From NCBI GenBank assembly GCA_040220235.1, contig JAVJTO010000146.1: DNA of 15,848 nucleotides; one strand, given 5' to 3'. Position numbers and translations under genes: made by a program. Of the stretch, positions 8,748 to 15,848 are shown piece after piece. Origin of the DNA: Coleofasciculus sp. B1-GNL1-01 (GTDB lineage: Bacteria; Cyanobacteriota; Cyanobacteriia; Cyanobacteriales; Coleofasciculaceae). Every line of letters starts with the position of its first letter. Position 1 is the first letter of the stretch. A model generated the notes under the pieces. It saw nothing but the letters and a program-made list of their open reading frames with translations, ran no database searches and was not told the origin of the DNA.

Positions 8748-10466
8748 ATCGAAACGATCTATGGCAATCTGGTCGGATTAAAGCCTAGCCAGCTTAAACA
8801 ACTGCAACGCCTCTATCACCAGCGCTTACCAGGCGATCGCCTGACGACGCCGGAATTTGCTCAACGGTTGGCTGCGATTAGTGCTGATCTCAAACAGCCC
8901 TTATGTACTTACCTGAATCGTCGAGGACAGGTGATTCGAGTCGGAGTGGGAACACCAACGCAAACCAAAATCCCCCCCTTGGAGTTACCCCGCTATGGTG
9001 CAGAACGATTGTGTGGGATTCGCTGTATTGCGACTCAACTCAAATCCCATACCCCGCGTAATGCTGACTTAACCGCCATGGCGATTCAACGCTTGGATGC
9101 GTTAGTCCTGCTAACCGTGAGTGAGTCAGGATTTGAACGGCGGGGGGGAGGCGCAACCGGGTATGTGAATGAAACCTATTTAGCCCACCTGATTCCCGTT
9201 ACTCAGTCTTCCAGACAAGACACCGAGGGTCAACCGAGTTGGCATTTATCCCCAGCATTGAGTCTGGATCTGTTGACTAAACAAGATTTCTTTGATTTAG
9301 TCGAAGGACTTGAAGCCGAATTTCGCCGCGAATTCATCGCCCAACACGTCGATGTTGATCAAGATCGGGTGTTGATTGTCGGCTTAATGACATCAGATAT
9401 GAGTAAGGGGCAGTTTGAAGACGGGTTAGCCGAAATTGCCCGACTGGTGCAAACCGCTGGCGGGGAAGTATTACAGACGCTGCGACAAAGGCGATCGCAA
9501 CCCCATCCTCAAACCGTTGTCGGCGCGGGAAAGGTGCAGGAAATTGCCCTGACAGTGCAGACATTAGGGGCGAATCTAGTCGTATTTGACCGCGACTTAT
9601 CCCCCGCCCAAGTTCGCAACCTAGAAGCCCAAACCGGGGTACGAGTCGTTGATCGCACGGAAGTTATATTAGACATTTTCGCTCAACGCGCCCAATCCCG
9701 TGCCGGGAAATTACAGGTCGAATTAGCCCAATTAGAATACATGCTGCCGCGCCTCACGGGTCGAGGTCAAGCCATGTCCCGATTAGGCGGTGGAATTGGC
9801 ACTCGTGGTCCAGGGGAAACCAAACTGGAAACCGAACGCCGTGCGATTCAGCGCCGAATTGCCCGATTGCAACAAGAGGTGAACCAGTTGCAGGCACATC
9901 GATCGCGGATGCGACAACGACGCCAAAAACAAGATGTACCGACGATTTCTGTTGTGGGTTATACAAATGCTGGCAAATCGACGTTGTTAAATACATTAAC
10001 GAATGCCGAAGTCTACACCGCTGATCAATTGTTTGCCACCCTTGACCCCACTACCCGACGTTTACCGATTACTTATGCGGAGACTGGGGAATCGATTACG
10101 GTTTTGCTAACCGATACCGTGGGATTCATTCACGAATTACCACCCCCCCTCGTCGATTCCTTCCGCGCCACGTTGGAAGAGGTGACAGAAGCCGATGCGT
10201 TAATCCATCTGGTGGATTTATCCCATCCCGCCTGGCAAAATCATATTCGTTCAGTCATGTCCATTTTGGCAGACATGCCTGTGACACCGGGACCGATTCT
10301 AGTGGTATTTAACAAGATTGACGAAGTAGACAGTGATACCCTAGCCGTAGCCCAAGAAGAATTTCCCCAAGGGGTATTTGTTTCAGCTAGCAAACGGTTA
10401 GGACTAGAAACTCTGCGGCAAAAAATAGCCCAGTTAGTGGATTATGCTATAGCACCGCAAATGTAG
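8748..10466 (+). CDS. hflX: GTPase HflX (long cyanobacterial form), probable ATC start
   Basis: G1 GYTNAGKS, G2 LFATLD, G3 DTVG, G4 NKID; HflX motif RGPGETKLE. The frame is open upstream of 8868 through IETIYGNLVGLKPSQLKQLQRLY to a TAG at 8715-8717. GGGAG at 8737-8741 precedes ATC 8748. Confidence 0.95.
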   Translation: METIYGNLVGLKPSQLKQLQRLYHQRLPGDRLTTPEFAQRLAAISADLKQPLCTYLNRRGQVIRVGVGTPTQTKIPPLELPRYGAERLCGIRCIATQLKSHTPRNADLTAMAIQRLDALVLLTVSESGFERRGGGATGYVNETYLAHLIPVTQSSRQDTEGQPSWHLSPALSLDLLTKQDFFDLVEGLEAEFRREFIAQHVDVDQDRVLIVGLMTSDMSKGQFEDGLAEIARLVQTAGGEVLQTLRQRRSQPHPQTVVGAGKVQEIALTVQTLGANLVVFDRDLSPAQVRNLEAQTGVRVVDRTEVILDIFAQRAQSRAGKLQVELAQLEYMLPRLTGRGQAMSRLGGGIGTRGPGETKLETERRAIQRRIARLQQEVNQLQAHRSRMRQRRQKQDVPTISVVGYTNAGKSTLLNTLTNAEVYTADQLFATLDPTTRRLPITYAETGESITVLLTDTVGFIHELPPPLVDSFRATLEEVTEADALIHLVDLSHPAWQNHIRSVMSILADMPVTPGPILVVFNKIDEVDSDTLAVAQEEFPQGVFVSASKRLGLETLRQKIAQLVDYAIAPQM

Positions 10467-10549
10467 ATGGGGTGATGGGGAGATGGGGAGATGGGGAAGC
10501 TGGGGAAGCTGGGGAAGCGGGGGAAGCTGGGGGAGCAGGGGAAGATGAG
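10466..10549 (+). repeat. G-rich tandem repeats: 4 x GATGGGG(A/T) followed by about 6 x G(A/G)AGCTGGG-like 9-mers
   Basis: Seen directly after the hflX stop codon. Confidence 0.92.
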
Positions 10550-10568
10550 GGAGAAGATTTGCAATCAA

Positions 10569-10626
10569 CAAATGACCAATGACCAATGACAAATGACAAA
10601 TGACCAATGACAAATGACAAATGACA
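10569..10626 (+). repeat. STRR2-type heptamer array, 8 x (A/C)AATGAC
   Basis: ATGs at 7-bp intervals from 10572 to 10621. The reverse complement TT(G/T)GTCA is the STRR2 consensus of filamentous cyanobacteria. Confidence 0.92.
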
Positions 10627-11811
10627 CAATATAATTTTACAATTATCGGTGGCGGAATAGTTGGCTTGTCTACGGCTTTAGCAATCGGACAACGCTACCC
10701 TGACTGTAAGATTTTAGTCCTGGAAAAAGAGAACTGTTGGGCATATCATCAAACGGGCAATAATAGCGGGGTCATTCATTCGGGAATTTATTATAAACCA
10801 GGCAGTTTTAAATCCAAGTTTGCCCGTGAAGGGAATCTGTCTATGGTCAGATTTTGTCAGGAACATGGGATTCCTCATGATGTTTGTGGCAAAGTGATTG
10901 TGGCGACAGAAGCGGAGGAATTACCGTTGCTGGATAATCTCTATCAACGGGGATTAGAGAATGGGTTAACGGTGAAGCGAATTAGTCCGGAAGAGGTAGC
11001 AGAAATTGAACCTTATGTGCGTTCTGTTGGCGGAATCCGCGTGACGGCGACAGGGATTGTCGATTATCGGCAAGTGTGTGAAAAGTATGTGGAATTAATT
11101 AGCGCCCAAGGGGGAGAACTGCGATTAAATACAACCGTGCAGAATCTGCGAGAAACGGTTGATGGTTTAGTCGTCGAAACCAATCAAGGTGAATTTGAAA
11201 CAAAGATGGCGATTAACTGTGCTGGATTGCAGAGCGATCGCGTGGTGAAATTGGGTCAGATGCAGCCTCCCGCTAAGATTATACCGTTTCGGGGGGAATA
11301 TTACGAACTGAAGCCGGAAAAGCGATATTTAGTCAAGCATCTGATTTATCCGGTTCCGAATCCGAATTTCCCCTTCTTAGGGGTTCATTTTACCCGCATG
11401 ATTGATGGTGGGATTCATGCCGGTCCAAATGCAGTGCTGAGTTTTAAGCGAGAAGGCTATAAAAAGACGGATTTTGACTGGGGAGATTTTATAGAGATTA
11501 TCACGTTTCCGGGGTGTTGGAAATTAGCACAAAGTTATTGGAAAATTGGCGTGGATGAAATCATTCGTTCCTTTAGTAAAGCGGCATTTGTTCGCAGTTT
11601 ACAACGGTTAATTCCTGAGATTCAAGCTGATGATTTAATGCCCACTCATGCAGGCGTTCGCGCCCAAGCCTTGATGGAGAATGGTCAATTAGTGGATGAT
11701 TTTCTGATTGTCGAAGGACATAAAACGCTGCATGTCTGTAATGCGCCCTCTCCAGCGGCTACTGCTTCCCTGGAAATTGGACGTGCGATCGCGGATCGGA
11801 TTGAGGGTTGA
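10621..11811 (+). CDS. lhgO: L-2-hydroxyglutarate oxidase (FAD-dependent, DAO family)
   Basis: IIGGGIVG Rossmann motif, HQTGNNSGVIHSGIYY, PFRGEYY, FPFLGVHFTR, AGVRAQA, NAPSPAATASL. Confidence 0.93.
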   Translation: MTQYNFTIIGGGIVGLSTALAIGQRYPDCKILVLEKENCWAYHQTGNNSGVIHSGIYYKPGSFKSKFAREGNLSMVRFCQEHGIPHDVCGKVIVATEAEELPLLDNLYQRGLENGLTVKRISPEEVAEIEPYVRSVGGIRVTATGIVDYRQVCEKYVELISAQGGELRLNTTVQNLRETVDGLVVETNQGEFETKMAINCAGLQSDRVVKLGQMQPPAKIIPFRGEYYELKPEKRYLVKHLIYPVPNPNFPFLGVHFTRMIDGGIHAGPNAVLSFKREGYKKTDFDWGDFIEIITFPGCWKLAQSYWKIGVDEIIRSFSKAAFVRSLQRLIPEIQADDLMPTHAGVRAQALMENGQLVDDFLIVEGHKTLHVCNAPSPAATASLEIGRAIADRIEG

Positions 11812-12304
11812 TATGGCTTTCGTTTAAATCCTCAGAATTAAGTCATCATGGGCGTTTGTTTTCCATTCTTGAAGACTTTTTGGACAAATAATCTTTAAAC
11901 ATTTGGTTCCCTGAGTTCTCTAAATTAATTTTCATTATGACACCCTAGTCTGTAAGAGATGAATTATATCAAAGATTTGCGAAATTATAAACAAAGGCGA
12001 AACCCTAATTCGGCTTAAAAGGGGGATGCGCTAATTCATTTCAAGTAAATAACTAAAAAATTAATATATTTAACAGTTTAAAGAATTGTAACAGCATTCT
12101 CCAATCTTGTCGTCAATGTAGTTTAAGATTAGAGACAAGAGGAAGCTAAGGATTTGAATATCGGGGTGGGTTGTCGTGAACTGTTCAGGACTCAATCAAA
12201 TTGACAAAATCTGACTAACGGCAAGCCTGAATAATCTCCCCAGGTTCTTGAATGGACAGATATAGAGTGTATCGTTGATAAAACCTTATTGAGTTAGGCG
12301 AGTC

Positions 12305-13516
12305 ATGACAAATAAGCTCTCATCTCTGAGTCAGTATGTCCGATCGCTCACACCATTGACAGCTCTTGCTGTTGCTGTAGAAATCAGCTTTGGCGCAACC
12401 GCTGCACAAGCCCTACAATTTAACTTTAGTCCGTCATCGGGGACGTCTCAACAGGCGATTGATGGATTCACGGCGGCTGGAGATTTTTGGTCTGATCAAT
12501 TCACTGATGATATTACCGTCAACATTGACATTGGTTTTGAGTCGCTGGGTTCTGGCATTTTAGGTCAGGCGAGTAGTAATACAGTTGGGAGTCGCTACTC
12601 TACTGTTCGCAATGCCTTAAGTAATGACCGATTATCTACGGATGATAATACGGCGGTCGCCAATTTGCAAAAGGGTTCGTTTCTTGATTTTCTGACGACT
12701 GATCCATTTTCGGGTAAAACGATCAGGGATAATAATTTCACCGCCAATAATTATTATCTGGATATCAACCGAGCAAACGCCAAGGCTCTTGGTTTACTGA
12801 GTGGGAACCATAGCTCGACTGATGCGACGATTAAATTCAACAGTGACTTCAATTTCGACTTTAATCCCAGTAATGGAATTAGCAACAATGCTGTCGATTT
12901 TATGGGAGTAGCGGTTCATGAAATCGGTCATGCTTTAGGGTTTGTCAGTGGCGTGGATATTGTAGACTATTATTCCGAAGATGGACCAGGCGCTCCATTA
13001 TCACTTGATCGGTACAGAATCTTCAGTCCACTGGATCTGTTTCGCTACTCTGAAAATAGTGCCAACCAGGGTATTCTGGACTTAGCCGCCGGAAGCAAGG
13101 CGTATTTTTCCATTGATGGGGGAGATACAAACCTGGGTTTATTTTCCACGGGTAGCTATAACGGAGATGGACGCCAAGCTAGTCACTGGAAGGATAACCG
13201 CAGTTTGGGAATCATGGACCCGACAGCAGCACGCGGCGAACTTTTAAGTATTAGTGACTTGGATTTGCAAGCCTTTGATGTTATTGGTTGGAATCTGGCG
13301 GGTAATACCAGTAGCAATAATACAGGTTCGGCGAATAGTCTTCTGAGTACATCCACGAATAACAACGTTTCTGATATGGAGAATTTTGCCATGGCTAATC
13401 AGTATTTGACGAGTACGGATGATGCAACCTCAGTCCCAGAACCAACCTCTGTGATTGGGTTAATCGCGCTGGGTGTAGGATTTGGGTTACAACGGTGTTG
13501 GCGCGATAGTCGTTAG
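12305..13516 (+). CDS. Secreted zinc metalloprotease with PEP-CTERM sorting signal (NF038122-like)
   Basis: Signal peptide ending AAQA; zincin motif HEIGHALGF; SPLDLFRYS; QASHWKD; Ser/Asn/Thr-rich linker; C-terminal VPEPTSVIGLIALGVGFGLQR. Confidence 0.88.
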   Translation: MTNKLSSLSQYVRSLTPLTALAVAVEISFGATAAQALQFNFSPSSGTSQQAIDGFTAAGDFWSDQFTDDITVNIDIGFESLGSGILGQASSNTVGSRYSTVRNALSNDRLSTDDNTAVANLQKGSFLDFLTTDPFSGKTIRDNNFTANNYYLDINRANAKALGLLSGNHSSTDATIKFNSDFNFDFNPSNGISNNAVDFMGVAVHEIGHALGFVSGVDIVDYYSEDGPGAPLSLDRYRIFSPLDLFRYSENSANQGILDLAAGSKAYFSIDGGDTNLGLFSTGSYNGDGRQASHWKDNRSLGIMDPTAARGELLSISDLDLQAFDVIGWNLAGNTSSNNTGSANSLLSTSTNNNVSDMENFAMANQYLTSTDDATSVPEPTSVIGLIALGVGFGLQRCWRDSR

Positions 13517-13543
13517 TTAGCCTCGCCTGTCAAGGTCAACGTT

Positions 13544-13688
13544 GTAGGGGCGACCCGCCGCATTCAATTGACACCACCCAACCCTTAATTTTATCGGGTC
13601 GCCCTGCATCAAGCGTACCTTTGGACAAGGGCGAGTCGAGATAGGTAATTGGAGACACCTTCTACGATGTGCAGCGACTCGCCCCTAC
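13544..13688. repeat. Inverted doublet of GTAG REP-like units between convergent genes
   Basis: GTAGGGGCGACCCG...CGGGTCGCCC (13544-13604) and GGGCGAGTCG...CGACTCGCCCCTAC (13629-13688), each with a 10-bp stem. Confidence 0.85.
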
Positions 13689-13710
13689 AGAAGGAAACTT
13701 AACAAAATCT

Positions 13711-13759
13711 AGGGCTAAGGTTCCCTGACTACGAACAGGCTAAAGCCCTGACTACGAAC
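13711..13759 (-). repeat. Two copies of a second REP-like motif, CCCTGACTACGAAC
   Basis: Exact 14-mers at 13723-13736 and 13746-13759, each preceded by GGCTAA. The related GTTCGTAGT occurs at about 8360. Confidence 0.7.
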
Positions 13760-13770
13760 GAAATAATTCC

Positions 13771-14646
13771 TTATGTCACTAAATACCGCTTCAGAAAATG
13801 TTCTAGGGATTCCATTTGTAAATTGTAGACTGACTCAATTTCAGTAATTTGTTCCGGCGTACAGAAAAACTCATTCGTGATTAAGGTTCGCAGTGTATTT
13901 AACCCATTACTAATTTTGGGATTAACCAACTCTAACGCCGTTTTTACCCCATCAAAGACAAATAAGGGCGGATTGATAATAATCGGTTCTCGATTAAAGA
14001 CATGACCAAAAATCTGAGGGATATCTTCCCGTTTGAGAATATCGGGTCCCCCTACCGAAAAAATTTGATTGTGTGCGGCTTCAATGCTAATCGAATCAAC
14101 AGCGATTTTGGCTAAATCATCGGTACTCACAATAGAGGAGCGATGTTTGGGATTCCCGTTGAGCAAATAAACCCCCGTTTCCCGAAATCGCTCCGCTAGC
14201 GGTAAAAGATTGGAGGCAAAACCAGAGGGGCGAAGAATCGTATAGGTGATATCACTCCCTTGTAAATACTTTTCCGTGGCTCGCTTCGCCTTAAACACGG
14301 GTGCATTTTCATACTCTCGTTCTGCACCTAACACCGAAATATAGACAAACTGCTTCATTCCCAGCATTTTTGCCTGATCAATCAGTTCTCGATTGGCGCG
14401 ATAATCGATGGCTTGAGCATTGCCTCCAGACCCGTGAGCGCTAATAATATAATCAACTCCCTGACAGGCTTTTTCGATGTCTCTATCATCGCTCAAATCG
14501 CCAATAAATATTTCCGCGCCTCGGTTTTCTAATTCCTTATAATTTGACGATAACCGAACAAATGCCCGCACGGGTAATTCCTGTTCCCGTAACACCCGGA
14601 CAATCCGGCGTCCTAATCCTCCCGTAGCACCTGTTACTAAATACAT
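13771..14646 (-). CDS. NmrA/Ycf39-like atypical SDR, NAD(P)H-binding oxidoreductase
   Basis: LVTGATGGLG Rossmann motif, YTILRPSGF. Shine-Dalgarno GGAGGT on the minus strand at 14651-14656. Confidence 0.9.
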   Translation of the reverse strand: MYLVTGATGGLGRRIVRVLREQELPVRAFVRLSSNYKELENRGAEIFIGDLSDDRDIEKACQGVDYIISAHGSGGNAQAIDYRANRELIDQAKMLGMKQFVYISVLGAEREYENAPVFKAKRATEKYLQGSDITYTILRPSGFASNLLPLAERFRETGVYLLNGNPKHRSSIVSTDDLAKIAVDSISIEAAHNQIFSVGGPDILKREDIPQIFGHVFNREPIIINPPLFVFDGVKTALELVNPKISNGLNTLRTLITNEFFCTPEQITEIESVYNLQMESLEHFLKRYLVT

Positions 14647-14684
14647 AAAAACCTCCTCATTCTCTGCGTTAATATAAAGGGCGA

Positions 14685-14774
14685 CCCCTCACCCCCAGCC
14701 CCTCTCCCAAGCTTGGGAGAGGGGAGCAAGAGGGGAGCAAGAGGGAAGCAAGAGAATCCAGTTCCCCTTCTCCC
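14685..14774. repeat. CCCCTCTCCC/GGGAGAGGGG palindromic repeat with internal 11-bp tandem
   Basis: Perfect 26-bp palindrome CCCCTCTCCCAAGCTTGGGAGAGGGG (14699-14724). GAGGG(G/A)AGCAA x3 (14719-14751). Partial arm CCCCTTCTCCC at 14764-14774. Confidence 0.85.
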
Positions 14775-14804
14775 GTGCAACAAAAGCGAAGCATATCTTA
14801 ACTC

Positions 14805-14907
14805 GAATGGCACTGAAATAAGTATTAGGAAATTGCCGAAACTTTTGATATACAGGAGGGTGGGTTTCGACTCCGCTCAACCCACCCGCTTTAAATCAGT
14901 GCCATTC
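14805..14907. mobile_element. 103-bp MITE with GAATGGCACTGA terminal inverted repeats and 10-bp target-site duplication
   Basis: TIRs 12/12 (15/17 extended). ATCTTAACTC flanks both sides exactly (14795-14804 and 14908-14917). Confidence 0.9.
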
Positions 14908-14910
14908 ATC

Positions 14911-15705
14911 TTAACTCTCAAATTCAACAATCACTGGTGCATGATCGCTCGGTTTCTCCAGTTTTCTAGGTTCTACATCAATCCTACAACGGGTTGCGGC
15001 TTCATACAGCTTAGGGGTCAGATAATGATGGTCAATTCGCCACCCTCGATTCCGGCTAAACCCGCCATGGCGATAATCCCACCAGCTAAAATGACCCCCC
15101 TCTTGAGTAAACTTGCGAAACGCATCTCCTAAGCCTAGCGCTAACACTTCCTCTAAGGCTTGGCGTTCTGCTGGCGATGCCATGATATGCTTGTCTTTAT
15201 TCTTGGGATTATGAATATCTCGGTCATCGGGAGCAATGTTAAAATCCCCACAGATACAGAGTTGATGAGGTTGAGTCTCTAAGAGCGATCGCACATACTC
15301 CTTTAACAGCTTTAACCAGCTTAGTTTATACTCATACTTCTCACTTCCCACCTCAGCACCATTGGGAACATAGAGATTAATAATCCGAACGCCATCCAGA
15401 ATCCCGGTAATCAGCCGCTTTTGCCCGTCTAATTCCCCCACCTCCTCCGGCGTCAACACGCCTGTAAACCCCACAGTCACGGCTTCTAAGGGTTTACGGC
15501 TAAACAGTGCTACACCGTTATAGGATTTTTGCCCCGACACATAGAGATGATAGCCTAAGTCTTCAAAGGGCGATCGCGGAAATTGCTCATCCACTACCTT
15601 GGTTTCTTGTAGACACAGCACATCCACAGGATTTTCGGTTAACCACTGACGGACATGATCTTGGCGGGTGCGAATTGAGTTGACATTCCAGGTAGCAATT
15701 TTCAT
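14911..15705 (-). CDS. xth: Exodeoxyribonuclease III (AP endonuclease)
   Basis: MKIATWNVNSIR, LCLQETK, YNGVA, NLYVPNG, GDFNIAP, WWDYR, GWRIDH, SDHAPV. Confidence 0.97.
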   Translation of the reverse strand: MKIATWNVNSIRTRQDHVRQWLTENPVDVLCLQETKVVDEQFPRSPFEDLGYHLYVSGQKSYNGVALFSRKPLEAVTVGFTGVLTPEEVGELDGQKRLITGILDGVRIINLYVPNGAEVGSEKYEYKLSWLKLLKEYVRSLLETQPHQLCICGDFNIAPDDRDIHNPKNKDKHIMASPAERQALEEVLALGLGDAFRKFTQEGGHFSWWDYRHGGFSRNRGWRIDHHYLTPKLYEAATRCRIDVEPRKLEKPSDHAPVIVEFES

Positions 15706-15707
15706 AA

Positions 15708-15848
15708 TATAGCAATCCTATTTAGGTTGTGGCAAAATTCCATACTGAAAAATTTTCGGAAAATCGAATATTTGACCATCAGCAAAAAATTCAAATAGCC
15801 ACTTAACTATTTTAAAAGAGCTGCAAAGATGATAAAATTGTCTAATGA
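15708..15848. mobile_element. Possible IS630-type/MITE end (TATAGCAATCCTATTTAGGTTGTG), running out of the window
   Basis: Resembles TATAGCA-type cyanobacterial element ends as I recall them, and shares TATAGCA with 8489. The partner end is not visible. Confidence 0.45.

Larger units (their letters stand above)
412..15577. repeat. HIP1 octamer GCGATCGC, dispersed (12 perfect copies found)
   Basis: Starts at 412, 812, 3303, 3922, 6026, 7084, 8833, 9491, 11234, 11785, 15285 and 15570. Fewer than one would be expected by chance. Confidence 0.93.

Noticed and set aside
10447..10629. 60-aa minus-strand ORF
   Set aside because: Translation of STRR2 and G-rich repeats.
11993..12035. c-di-GMP-I riboswitch (GGCGAAACCC...GGGGGATGCG)
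   Set aside because: Only superficial similarity; it lacks the GCAAA junction, the GNRA loop and the second stem.
13771..14646. ycf39 gene symbol
   Set aside because: Family-level resemblance only; orthology cannot be established from the sequence.
14713..15132. 139-aa plus-strand ORF (and 14689..14880 minus)
   Set aside because: It runs through repeats, the MITE and the antisense strand of xth, with no recognisable protein features.

Overview
Genomic window from a filamentous cyanobacterium. The assignment is inferred from 12 perfect HIP1 GCGATCGC sites, STRR2 heptamers and G-rich 8/9-mer arrays (Oscillatoriales/Coleofasciculus-like). The left half starts with the 3' end of an IS630-type element and a decayed REC-PAS-SpoIIE pseudogene. 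Next come a transporter-less PhnD/TtrS-type binding lipoprotein and two tandem multistep hybrid histidine kinases (TM-HAMP and GAF-PAS inputs; each HisKA-HATPase-REC-REC-Hpt). The right half holds hflX (apparently starting at ATC), lhgO, a PEP-CTERM zinc metalloprotease, an NmrA/SDR oxidoreductase and xth. Intergenic DNA is crowded with GTAG-type REP-like elements, tandem repeats and MITEs. Most notable: (1) a candidate split TtrS/ThsS-like sensing system (lipoprotein receptor plus membrane kinase phosphorelay); (2) a readable scar suggesting kinase 1 gained its Hpt by fusion through a G-rich repeat array to a copy of the kinase 2 3' end; (3) a non-canonical ATC start for hflX; (4) a 103-bp MITE whose 10-bp target duplication contains the xth stop codon. 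All family assignments come from motif recognition; no searches were run.
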